A DNA stretch of 64,000 nucleotides from an uncultured Chloroflexia bacterium (GTDB lineage: Bacteria; Chloroflexota; Dehalococcoidia; Dehalococcoidales; RBG-16-60-22), in the NCBI GenBank assembly GCA_963796365.1, contig CAWCLJ010000004.1:1354519-1418518 (forward strand). Reading direction: 5' to 3'. The notes under the pieces were generated by a model. The model saw only the letters and a program-made list of their open reading frames with translations, did not search any database and was not told the DNA's origin. Position 1 is the stretch's first letter. The number at the start of each line of letters is the position of its first letter. The position numbers and the translations under genes are program-made. This document shows positions 1 through 8,319 of the stretch, one piece after another.

Positions 1-1
1 G

Positions 2-886
2 GCCGTTCTCGGTCCCAATGGCTCGGGGAAAACGACGACCATACGAATCCTGACCACTTTGCTAAAGCCGGACAGCGGGCATGCCGAAGTTGCGGGACTG
101 GATGTTGTTAAGAATGCGGGCAAGGTACGGACGCTCATCGGACTGGCGGGCCAAAATGCCGCCATCGATGAAAATCTGACCGGTTATGAAAACCTGGAGA
201 TGTTCGGGGAGCTTTACCACTTATCGGGTATAGATGCCAAACATCGGGCTGATGAATTGATTGAACAATTTGATCTTGGTGATGCCGGTAAACGGCTGGT
301 TAAAACTTATTCCGGCGGTATGCGGCGGCGGCTTGACCTGGCAGCCAGCCTGATTATGTCTCCTCCCATTCTCTTCCTGGATGAACCGACCACCGGACTG
401 GACCCACGCGGTCGCCTGGCCGTGTGGGGGATAATACGAGATATGGTTGCTAACGGGACTACCGTCTTGCTCACGACACAGTATATGGATGAAGCCGATG
501 AACTGGCCAGCAAAATTATCGTCATGGACCATGGGCATGTCATCGCAGGGGGAACCGCTAACGAGTTGAAAACGCAGATCGGCGGGGCGAGGCTGGATAT
601 GACACTGGCTCCCGGCGGTGACCTGCCGGCTGCCCTCCAGGTTATCCGCCCATATGGTTCGGGCGAGATTCAGGTAGATGGCGAACGCCGTCATCTGGTC
701 ATGCCGCTAACAGATGGCGGGTACCACCTCACCGCCATCGTCCACGATTTAGATATCGCCCGGATTTCACTCGAAGATTTTGCTCTGCGCCATCCAACGC
801 TGGACGATGTATTTCTATCGCTGACCGGGCGCACTACCGCCGAAGAAAATCAGCCAGAAAAAACCGTAAAAGCGAGGCATAAATAA
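2..886 (+). CDS. ABC transporter ATP-binding protein (DrrA / ABC-2 type), 5' end outside window
   Basis: Frame is open from base 2. Walker A GPNGSGKTT, signature YSGGMRRRL, Walker B ILFLDEPTTGLD. Stop overlaps the next start (TAATG). Confidence 0.9.
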   Translation, partial: AVLGPNGSGKTTTIRILTTLLKPDSGHAEVAGLDVVKNAGKVRTLIGLAGQNAAIDENLTGYENLEMFGELYHLSGIDAKHRADELIEQFDLGDAGKRLVKTYSGGMRRRLDLAASLIMSPPILFLDEPTTGLDPRGRLAVWGIIRDMVANGTTVLLTTQYMDEADELASKIIVMDHGHVIAGGTANELKTQIGGARLDMTLAPGGDLPAALQVIRPYGSGEIQVDGERRHLVMPLTDGGYHLTAIVHDLDIARISLEDFALRHPTLDDVFLSLTGRTTAEENQPEKTVKARHK

Positions 887-1707
887 TGAACAATAGCGCG
901 ATTCCGACAGCAGGGAAACTCTCACCGCAGGCCCATTCCAGTTTATACTGGATAATGGCTGATATGTTCATCATCGCCAAACGCCAGATGAAGCATGTGC
1001 CGCGCAGTCCTGAAGAAGCGATAAATGTAACGCTGGCGCCGGTTATCATGATTGTATTTTTCTATTATATTTTCGGGGGAGCGATTACGGTGCCCGGCAG
1101 CAGCTATATCAATTACTTGATGGGCGGCATGCTGGTGATGTCAGCCATCCTGGCTTCGGCCTATACCGGCTCCGGAGTTGCGGGTGACCTGAAACACGGC
1201 CTGGTGGATAGATTTCGTTCTTTGCCGATGGTCGAATCGGCGGTGCTAACCGGCCGGATTATTGCTGACCTGGCGATCAACAGCTTTGTCATTCTAATCG
1301 TCATAGCGGTAAGCCTGTTAATAGGATTCCGGCCAAACGGCACGGTCCCGGAATGGCTGGCGGTGCTTGGCATCCTCTTGCTCACCAGTTTTACTTTCTC
1401 ATGGATATCGGCCTTCCTCGGATTGATGATAAATAACGTGGAGGCAGTGGCACCGGCGGCCAACCTCTATGTAACGCTTTTAGTCTTCGTCAGCAACGCC
1501 TTCGTGCCGACCAATACCATGCCAACCTGGCTGCGAGGATTTGCGGAACACCAGCCTTTTTCACTGATTATAAACGCCGTCCGCGGGCTGGTGGTGAACA
1601 AGCCGGACGTTACGTCTACGTGGCAGGCAATCGCCTGGTGCGTGGGCCTGGTTATTATCTTTATACCTCTGTGCATCTGGGTCTACGGACGCCGGACGGC
1701 CCTATAA
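886..1707 (+). CDS. ABC-2 type transporter permease
   Basis: 273 aa with multiple hydrophobic helices. Translationally coupled to the upstream ATPase, the typical DrrA/DrrB-like pairing. Confidence 0.8.
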   Translation: MNNSAIPTAGKLSPQAHSSLYWIMADMFIIAKRQMKHVPRSPEEAINVTLAPVIMIVFFYYIFGGAITVPGSSYINYLMGGMLVMSAILASAYTGSGVAGDLKHGLVDRFRSLPMVESAVLTGRIIADLAINSFVILIVIAVSLLIGFRPNGTVPEWLAVLGILLLTSFTFSWISAFLGLMINNVEAVAPAANLYVTLLVFVSNAFVPTNTMPTWLRGFAEHQPFSLIINAVRGLVVNKPDVTSTWQAIAWCVGLVIIFIPLCIWVYGRRTAL

Positions 1708-1904
1708 ATGTATATTTGGAAGAAGTGCTATCGCTTTTTTATCGATAAAAACTCGGTACAATGTCAAAACTCTTAATCCATAACGATGAGAATTGGGAAT
1801 CAATGCCAATATTAAGGTTTTTTTAAGGGTCATAATGTGGTGCATCATAAGAGCAATTTACATCGTCCTCCCTGTCAAGGGAGGAGCAGAGGCGGATTTC
1901 AGTT

Positions 1905-1953
1905 GTCATTCCAGCACATTCGCTTCGCTCAGTGTAAACTCCGGCTGGAATCC
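1905..1953 (-). repeat. Repeat family B hairpin (inverted copy)
   Basis: gtcattccagcacattcgcttcgctcagtgtaaactccggctggaatcc is the reverse complement of the family B pattern. Confidence 0.65.
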
Positions 1954-1989
1954 AGCATGAATACCCGATAATCACCAGTTTTTCTAAAT

Positions 1990-2016
1990 GGATTCCCGAT
2001 TGAATCGGGAATGACA
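1990..2016 (+). repeat. Repeat family C mini-hairpin (ggattcccgattgaatcgggaatgaca)
   Basis: Copies at 55760-55786 and, inverted, 53754-53779. Confidence 0.65.
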
Positions 2017-2075
2017 ATCAGTTTTAATTTTTGAGTTGTGGCTTTGACCTTTGAACTATGAGTTTTAAGCTATTC

Positions 2076-4673
2076 TTACACACACTTGGTATACCCGCAG
2101 GCCGGGCAATGGTGGCAGCCCTCGGAATAGACCAGCATGTTGGAGCATTCCGGGCACTGGCCGGCCAGGTTCTTGGCCAGCCCGTAATCATCCAGCTTCG
2201 GCGTGTCGTCTTCTTCCCGCTTGACATGCTTTTCCAGCACGCTGGCAATCGCGTCCGCGCAGGAAAGGATGGACTTGCCGCCTTCCCAGGCGATGGACGG
2301 GCAGCGGATGCCGCGCAGCTGCTTTACAATCTGGGCCACGTCCACTCCCGAACGTAAAGCGGTGGATATCAGGCGGCAGATGGCTTCCAGCTGGGCGGCG
2401 GCGCAGGCGCCGGACTTGCCGAGCGTGGAAAATACTTCGCAGACGCCTTTATCATCATAGGCGACGGTAATATATAATGTGCCGCAGCCGGTGCTGACCT
2501 TGGTAATTGTCCCTCTTGTCTCTACGGGGCGCTGGCGCGGTCCCCGCTGTACCGCTGTCTCGGCGGCTTTTTCCTGTTTCTTGCCGGTCGTCAACACCTG
2601 CGTGTCCCGGGAGCGGTCGCGGTATATCGTAATGCCCTTGAGGCCTTCCTCGTAGGCCAGCATGTAAGCCTGGGAGACATCTTCCCGCGTCGCTTCATGC
2701 GGGAAGTTGATGGTCTTGGAAACGGCGTTATCGGTGGATTTCTGGAAGGCCGCCTGCATTTTCACGTGCCATTCCGGCGTAATCTCGTGCGCGGTGACGA
2801 AGACCCGCTTTATCCGGTCCGGCACGCCCTTGATTTCGCTTAAATGGCTGCCTTCCGCCAGTTTTTTCATCATCTCATCGGAATAAAAGCCGCCTTTTTT
2901 AGCGGCTTCTTCAAAATATGGATTTACCTCGATGAACGGCGTGCCGTCGAGGACGGTCTTGGTATAGCTTAAAGCGAAGAGCGGTTCGATGCCGCTGGAA
3001 CAGCTTGCAATCATGCTTAAAGTGCCGGTAGGGGCGATGGTGGTGCGGGTGGCGTTACGTACGCGCTGCATGTCCGGCTTATCGTAAATGCTGCCGTTAA
3101 AGGCCGGAAAAACGCCGCGTTCATTAGCCAGTTCCACCGAAGCTTCGGTGGCTTTTTTGCCGATAAAGACCATCAGGTCCTCGGCGACTTCCAGCGCGTC
3201 ATGGGAGTTATACGGCACGCCGAGCATCACCAGCATGTCCGCGAAACCCATAATGCCCAGGCCGACTTTCCGCGTCTTTTTCGTCTGCTCTTCTATCTGG
3301 GGGAGCGGGAACTTATTGACATCGATGACGTTATCCAGGAAGCGGACGGCGGTCTTGACAGTATGCGCCAGCTTGGGGAAATCGATTTCATGGCCGCTGC
3401 CCTTTTTCTTCATCATTTTTGAGAGGTTGATGGAAGCCAGGTTGCAGCTTTCGTAGGGGAGGAGCGGCTGCTCGCCGCAGGGGTTGGTGCTCTCGATTTG
3501 CCCGAGGTTGGGGGTGGGGTTCGCCTCGTTAATGCGGTCGATGAAGACGATGCCGGGGTCGCCGGTGCGCCATGCCATGTCCACGATTTTATCGAAGACC
3601 TCTTTGGCGTTGAGCTTGCCGGCTGCTTCCTTGGTATGCGGGTTGATGAGGTCATAGTCCGCCCCCGCCTTGACCGCCTCCATAAATTTGGCCGTCAGCG
3701 CGACAGAAATATTGAAATTGGTGAGGGCCTTCTGGTCCTCTTTGGCCGTAATGAACTTTAAAATGTCCGGATGGTCGATGTTGAGGATGCCCATGTTGGC
3801 GCCCCGCCGCGTCCCGCCCTGCTTGGTCACGTCCGTGACCGTATCGAAGGCGCGCATGAAGGAGACCGGGCCGCTGGCCACGCCGCCGGTGGAACCGACC
3901 ACGTCATTCTCCGGGCGTAAACGGGAAAAAGAAAAGCCGGTACCGCCGCCGCTCTTGTGAATCAGCGCGGTATATTTTACGGCATCGAAAATGGATTCCA
4001 TGCTGTCCCCCACGGGCAGCACGAAGCAGGCGGAAAGCTGCCCCAGCTTTTTCCCCGCGTTCATCAGGGTAGGGGAGTTGGGCAGGAATTCCAGGCTGAA
4101 CATCTGCTTGAAGAACTCGTCCTCAATGGTTTTCACATCAGCCTTGGGATTATAATAAAGCTCCGCGGCGGCAATCGCCCTCGCCACGCGGCGGAACATT
4201 TCTTCCGGTGTTTCGATCACCTTGCCTTTGTTATCTCTTAACAAGTAGCGCTTTTCAAGCACCTGCAAAGCCGTATCGGTCAGACCGCCGGTTGATTTTG
4301 TTTCCTGCGGGACTTTTACTTCGGTTTCCATTTCGGCTTTGACCTCCTCATTTCGTTCGGGTTCTTCGTGATTTTCAGGTTTATTCGCGTTGAGGACTTC
4401 CATAACCATGGCTTCTATTTCCGCCTCGGTGGGCATTCTCCCCCTTGGCGACATTCTTGCTTTACGGTCTACCAGTTCTTCCATGCCAGGCAGGGTCGGC
4501 AGCGCCTGCTGCTGCGCTTTTTCCAGCCGCTCGATGACCTGGCTGGTCAGCTTTTCCACCAGGTTGCGGTCGCGGATGCCCATCGCCGCCGCATTATCGA
4601 AGACTATCTTGGCAATCAGGCTGCGGTTAACGGGCGCCCCGCTCTTTTTCCCCGCGTGATTGCCGGTGCTCAT
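2076..4673 (-). CDS. nrdJ: Class II (adenosylcobalamin-dependent) ribonucleotide reductase
   Basis: 865 aa. Motifs LEKRYLLRD, TNPCGEQPLLPYESCNLASINL and GIEPLFA. C-terminal CPEC...CPAC zinc ribbon. Start overlaps the nrdR stop. Confidence 0.93.
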   Translation of the reverse strand: MSTGNHAGKKSGAPVNRSLIAKIVFDNAAAMGIRDRNLVEKLTSQVIERLEKAQQQALPTLPGMEELVDRKARMSPRGRMPTEAEIEAMVMEVLNANKPENHEEPERNEEVKAEMETEVKVPQETKSTGGLTDTALQVLEKRYLLRDNKGKVIETPEEMFRRVARAIAAAELYYNPKADVKTIEDEFFKQMFSLEFLPNSPTLMNAGKKLGQLSACFVLPVGDSMESIFDAVKYTALIHKSGGGTGFSFSRLRPENDVVGSTGGVASGPVSFMRAFDTVTDVTKQGGTRRGANMGILNIDHPDILKFITAKEDQKALTNFNISVALTAKFMEAVKAGADYDLINPHTKEAAGKLNAKEVFDKIVDMAWRTGDPGIVFIDRINEANPTPNLGQIESTNPCGEQPLLPYESCNLASINLSKMMKKKGSGHEIDFPKLAHTVKTAVRFLDNVIDVNKFPLPQIEEQTKKTRKVGLGIMGFADMLVMLGVPYNSHDALEVAEDLMVFIGKKATEASVELANERGVFPAFNGSIYDKPDMQRVRNATRTTIAPTGTLSMIASCSSGIEPLFALSYTKTVLDGTPFIEVNPYFEEAAKKGGFYSDEMMKKLAEGSHLSEIKGVPDRIKRVFVTAHEITPEWHVKMQAAFQKSTDNAVSKTINFPHEATREDVSQAYMLAYEEGLKGITIYRDRSRDTQVLTTGKKQEKAAETAVQRGPRQRPVETRGTITKVSTGCGTLYITVAYDDKGVCEVFSTLGKSGACAAAQLEAICRLISTALRSGVDVAQIVKQLRGIRCPSIAWEGGKSILSCADAIASVLEKHVKREEDDTPKLDDYGLAKNLAGQCPECSNMLVYSEGCHHCPACGYTKCV

Positions 4674-5209
4674 CGCTTTACTCTCCGCGGGTGTTTACGC
4701 TGGAGCGTTACCGGCAGTTCTTCCATCGGCAGCAGCGGCAGCTGGTCGGTGGGGGGCATTAACGTGTGCCCGGCCAGGCTGTCCACCTCTTCCTTAAGGT
4801 CCGTAATATCTTCGAATTCACGGTAAACGCTGGCAAACCGGATATAGGCTATATGGTCGAGTTGCTTTAGCTTCCCCATGACAATGTCCCCGATACTACG
4901 GCTGGGGATTTCCGTTTTGCCAAGCTGGTAAAGCTCGTTCTCGATTTCGTCCGTCAGCGTGTCCGGCGTGCCTTCGGGCAGCGGGCGCTTCTGGAAGGCT
5001 ATCTGGATGCTGCGCAGCAGTTTTTCACGTTTGAACTCCTCGCGGCGGCCGTCCTTCTTGATAACAAAAAGAGACGCGCGCTCTAACCGCTCGTAAGTGG
5101 TGAAACGCAAATCGCATTGTAAACACTGGCGCCGGCGGCGTATGCCGTCGTTAACATCCCGCGAATCAATGACCTTCGAATCGCTATACCCGCAAAATGG
5201 ACAGTTCAC
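4670..5209 (-). CDS. nrdR: Transcriptional repressor NrdR (Zn ribbon + ATP-cone)
   Basis: CPFCG...CLQC zinc ribbon followed by VIKKDGRREEF ATP-cone. Start is ambiguous: the track uses TTG at 5224, while GTG at 5209 gives the canonical MNCPFCG. Confidence 0.9.
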   Translation of the reverse strand: MNCPFCGYSDSKVIDSRDVNDGIRRRRQCLQCDLRFTTYERLERASLFVIKKDGRREEFKREKLLRSIQIAFQKRPLPEGTPDTLTDEIENELYQLGKTEIPSRSIGDIVMGKLKQLDHIAYIRFASVYREFEDITDLKEEVDSLAGHTLMPPTDQLPLLPMEELPVTLQRKHPRRVKR

Positions 5210-5218
5210 CGGTTGACC

Positions 5219-5266
5219 CCACAAACTGTAGTATCAAGGACTATATATTGCCACAATATGTAGTGG
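5219..5266 (-). promoter_or_regulatory. Two NrdR-box-like 16-bp palindromes spaced 32 bp
   Basis: ccacaaactgtagtat (5219-5234) and ccacaatatgtagtgg (5251-5266) lie directly upstream of nrdR and resemble the remembered consensus acaCwAtATaTwGtgt. Confidence 0.5.
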
Positions 5267-5404
5267 TTTGTCAATAGTGTTCCAAAGCTAAGGATGCAAG
5301 AAAAATCACAATTTCTTAACAAAATCAGTATTTATTTAGACGCTCATTTCCCTTTCTTTAATTGGCTTGAGATGATGGAGTATGATTATACATAGGAGAA
5401 AATT

Positions 5405-6712
5405 ATGAATTACAAAGAGTCGCTGGACTACCTTTTAAAATACGCTGATTATGAACGCCTGCCGCGCTCCGGCATCGTCTGGGACTTAAAGCGTGTCGAA
5501 AGCCTGCTGCACCGCCTGGGCGAACCGCACAAGTCCGCCCTCACCGTCCATGTCGCCGGGACGAAAGGCAAAGGTTCCACCTCCGCCATGATAGCCTCCA
5601 TTCTCAAGACCGCCGGCTATAAGACGGGCTTATACACTTCACCCCACCTCCTCTCCTATACGGAACGCATCCAGGTCAACGGCAAACCGATTTCCGAAGA
5701 AGGCTGGGCCAAACTCGTCGAGATAATCCAGCCCTATGTCGAGGCGGAGAATAAGGAAGCCAAATACGGACAGCTTACCACCTTCGAGCTTTATACCGCC
5801 ATGGCTTTCCTCCATTTCCAGCGCGAAAAGTGCGAGTACCAGGTGATGGAGGTCGGGCTGGGCGGCCGCCTTGATGCCACCAATGTTGTCGACCCGTCCG
5901 TCTGCGTCATTACCTCCATCAGCTTCGACCATATGGACGTACTCGGAGATACTTTAGCGAAAATTGCCGGGGAAAAGGCCGGCATTATCAAACCGGGTGT
6001 GCCGGTGGTCAGCGCGCCGCAGGTCCCGCACGCAATGGACGTCATCGAGGAAAGATGCCGGGAAAAGCACTGCCGCCTCGTTAAAGTAGGGCAGGACGTT
6101 ACCTGGCAGCGTTTGGACTTTACGACGGAGGGCCAGCACTTCAAGCTTAAGGGGCTGAAAGGCGAGTACGATTTACACCTCCCGCTTATCGGTGAGTTCC
6201 AGATGGAGAACGCGGCCAACGCCGTCGCCGCGGTAGAGCTGCTTAAAGGCGCGGCTGTTTCCAAAGAATCGGTCGCGGACGGGCTGGCCAAAGTAAACTG
6301 GCCGGGGCGCCTGCAGGTGCTTGGGAAAGAGCCCTGGGTCATCGTGGACGGCGCGCACAACGCCTATTCCATACAGCAGCTCGGGAAAGCTTTAAAGGAC
6401 TATTTCCGCCCCACTGCCATCAAGCTGATTCTCGGTTTCGGGAATGATAAAGACATCGCCGGCATGGTGCGGGAAGCGGTCAAGTTCGCCGATGATGTTT
6501 TCCTCGTCCAATCCCGCCACCCTAAAGCGGTCAAGGGTGAAGTTTTAGCGGCGGAGTTCGAAAAGAACGGCATCACGCCGCGGGTGGCTTTAAGCGTTAA
6601 GGACGCCATTACGATGGCGGAAGCAGAAGCCGGGCCGACCGACGTTATCTGCGCCGCCGGCAGCATTTTTGTGATTGCGGAAGTGATGGAGTGGGCGGGC
6701 TTAGGTTCTTAA
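5405..6712 (+). CDS. folC: Bifunctional folylpolyglutamate synthase / dihydrofolate synthase
   Basis: 435 aa. P-loop HVAGTKGKGST and Mur-ligase-like layout (GLGGRLDATN, DGAHN). Confidence 0.9.
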   Translation: MNYKESLDYLLKYADYERLPRSGIVWDLKRVESLLHRLGEPHKSALTVHVAGTKGKGSTSAMIASILKTAGYKTGLYTSPHLLSYTERIQVNGKPISEEGWAKLVEIIQPYVEAENKEAKYGQLTTFELYTAMAFLHFQREKCEYQVMEVGLGGRLDATNVVDPSVCVITSISFDHMDVLGDTLAKIAGEKAGIIKPGVPVVSAPQVPHAMDVIEERCREKHCRLVKVGQDVTWQRLDFTTEGQHFKLKGLKGEYDLHLPLIGEFQMENAANAVAAVELLKGAAVSKESVADGLAKVNWPGRLQVLGKEPWVIVDGAHNAYSIQQLGKALKDYFRPTAIKLILGFGNDKDIAGMVREAVKFADDVFLVQSRHPKAVKGEVLAAEFEKNGITPRVALSVKDAITMAEAEAGPTDVICAAGSIFVIAEVMEWAGLGS

Positions 6713-6853
6713 AATCCCTCTCACTCTCCCGCGTATCAAGTACGGGGCAGGCTCTTTTTCAAAGGGAGAGGATGATTGACTGAGTTATTGAATCGCTGGT
6801 ACGGCTATATCTTCATCCCTCTTTTGTAAAGAGGGACAGGAGGGAGATTTAAA

Positions 6854-7273
6854 GTGAAAATCGATTACGCTTTCATCTGCGACTACGCGGAAGCCCGGGA
6901 GAAGGTCAACGCTTTAGGGATTGGCTTCGAGAGGGTCATTGCCGCCAAAGTACCGGCCAAGCACCCGCACTTTTCGGTGGTCGTTCAGATGAAGTTTACG
7001 CGGACGGAAGCCGGGCAAAAAGATGTCCAGGTCCACCTCACCGATGCTGACGGCACGGACGTTATCCCGGTGATTAACGGGAAGATTGCCGTCGGCCCCA
7101 CCCCTCCCGGCGTCCTGGAAAGCACTACCAGGCTGGTGATGGAGTTCAATAATGTCGAATTTAAGAACTACGGCGACTATACTGTCAGGGTCAATGTCGG
7201 CGGGCAGGAAGTGGTGAGCATTCCTTTAAACATTTCCCCGCTGCCCCAGAAACCCGCCCCGCCGGCAAATTAA
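6854..7273 (+). CDS. Hypothetical protein
   Basis: 139-aa ORF with GTG start preceded by AGGAGGGAG. No motif recognised. Confidence 0.45.
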   Translation: MKIDYAFICDYAEAREKVNALGIGFERVIAAKVPAKHPHFSVVVQMKFTRTEAGQKDVQVHLTDADGTDVIPVINGKIAVGPTPPGVLESTTRLVMEFNNVEFKNYGDYTVRVNVGGQEVVSIPLNISPLPQKPAPPAN

Positions 7274-7313
7274 TTAAGGGTGGGTGAAGCGCAGCCTAAC
7301 CCACCACGCCACT

Positions 7314-7343
7314 CCGATATCCTTCGTTGTACTCAGGATGACA
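7314..7343 (+). repeat. Repeat family D, short copy (ccgatatccttcg...caggatgaca)
   Basis: Shares both termini with 7354-7382, 12698-12761 and 12918-12981. Confidence 0.6.
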
Positions 7344-7353
7344 GAAGGAGAGA

Positions 7354-7382
7354 CGATATCCTTCGAGATGCCCAAGATGACA
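7354..7382 (+). repeat. Repeat family D, short copy
   Basis: cgatatccttcgagatgcccaagatgaca, in tandem with the copy at 7314. Confidence 0.6.
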
Positions 7383-7434
7383 GGTGAAATAATATTTTGA
7401 AGCTGGCCTAGCTTCAATTTATGACAAAACCCTA

Positions 7435-7464
7435 TTGACAAAATTAGAACGTTAGTGCTAAGAT
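7435..7464 (+). promoter_or_regulatory. Sigma70-like promoter (TTGACA-18-TAAGAT) with upstream (T)ATGACAAAA module, no downstream ORF
   Basis: TTGACA 7435-7440, TAAGAT 7459-7464. The same module recurs at 12255-12298 and 61673-61718. Confidence 0.45.
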
Positions 7465-7532
7465 GTTCCAGCAGGAGTAACGAAAATGGGTATTTTGAGC
7501 GTGAGTTAGCTATGAATAATTCGATTGCAACA

Positions 7533-7700
7533 TTATGTTATATTAGCCTCGGCCCAGGCGTGAGTCGTTTTTTAAGGGTTTTATGTTAAATCAGGCTCGG
7601 TCCAGGCATAAATCGTTTTTTTGACATATTATGGTAAGCCTGGATACGATTCAGGCTCAAGGCGTGTTTTCAGGGTAGTTATGTTAAATAAGGGGTAAGT
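7533..7700 (+). repeat. About 4 tandem units of ~48 bp (ttatgtta...ggctcgg.ccaggc...tcgtttttt)
   Basis: Units start at 7533, 7581, 7629 and 7679. The first two end in T6-7 runs; the third is weaker (T4 run) and the fourth degenerates into a ggggtaag stutter. Confidence 0.6.
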
Positions 7701-7720
7701 TATTAGGGGTAAGGGGTAAG

Positions 7721-7773
7721 TGTCATTGCGAGCCATTGATCCACCTCCGGCGGAGAAAGGCGTGGCAATCTCT
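7721..7773 (+). repeat. Repeat family A (tgtcattgcgagc...aggcgtggcaatctc)
   Basis: Near-identical to 61794-61846. Related to 59225-59270 and, in reverse complement, to 59908-59955. Confidence 0.7.
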
Positions 7774-8156
7774 AAGATTTTACAAGTCCGATGATTGAGA
7801 TTCTCACGCCTTGTCGGCCCTTAGTTCACCCTCACCTTTTCATTCCTCTCCCGTCAAGGGAGAGGACAATAGGAAAAAGGGGTAAGGATAATATCGTATG
7901 GTCGGCAATGGCCCAAAATGACAAGAAAAAAACGAATCAGGGGATTTGAGGCTGAATTACCATAAATTCAGGGACGAGTGACTGAAGCTAATCACGCGTG
8001 GGAAAATAATAAATATTGTTGGGACGAATAGTCGAATAAAGGTAGGGCGAGGCAGGGGTCTTTAAGAGAGGGTGCGTTGCACCCTCTACGTCAGGCTATT
8101 CCCTGTTTACATTTCTGAATGGTTCAGAAAAGGCCTCGATTTGAAAAAACGTTGAT

Positions 8157-8205
8157 GGATTCCTGCCGGAGTTTACATTAAGTTAAGCGAATGTGCAGGA
8201 ATGAC
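8157..8205 (+). repeat. Repeat family B hairpin (ggattcctgccggagttta...gtgcaggaatgac)
   Basis: Copies at 43243-43291, 53816-53864 and, inverted, 1905-1953. The termini ggattcctg/caggaatgac are self-complementary. Confidence 0.7.
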
Positions 8206-8218
8206 GAGTAGGAGCAAA

Positions 8219-8272
8219 GGTAGGGCAGGCGTCTCGCCTGCCCATCACAGGCAAGATGCCTGTGTTACCGGG
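8219..8272 (+). repeat. Repeat family E (ggtag.gcaggcg...gcaggcaagatgcctg..taccggg)
   Basis: Second copy at 12448-12501. At the first locus it is immediately followed by a ggtgggcaaaa...ttttgcccacc hairpin; a related ggtgggtaaaa...tttacccac hairpin lies about 300 bp away at 12796-12831. Confidence 0.65.
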
Positions 8273-8319
8273 TTGGTGGGCAAAAGAAGGGTGTAAAGGG
8301 TTTTGCCCACCCTACATTA

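Noticed and set aside
4674-5400. A cobalamin riboswitch in front of the B12-dependent nrdJ.
   Set aside because: nrdJ is translationally coupled to nrdR, leaving no leader. The nrdR upstream region is short and contains NrdR-box-like palindromes rather than a B12-box.
7533-7700. A possible CRISPR array, given the regularly spaced ~48-bp periodicity.
   Set aside because: The whole unit is repeated, there is no conserved repeat alternating with unique spacers, only about 4 decaying units are present, and there are no cas genes in the window.
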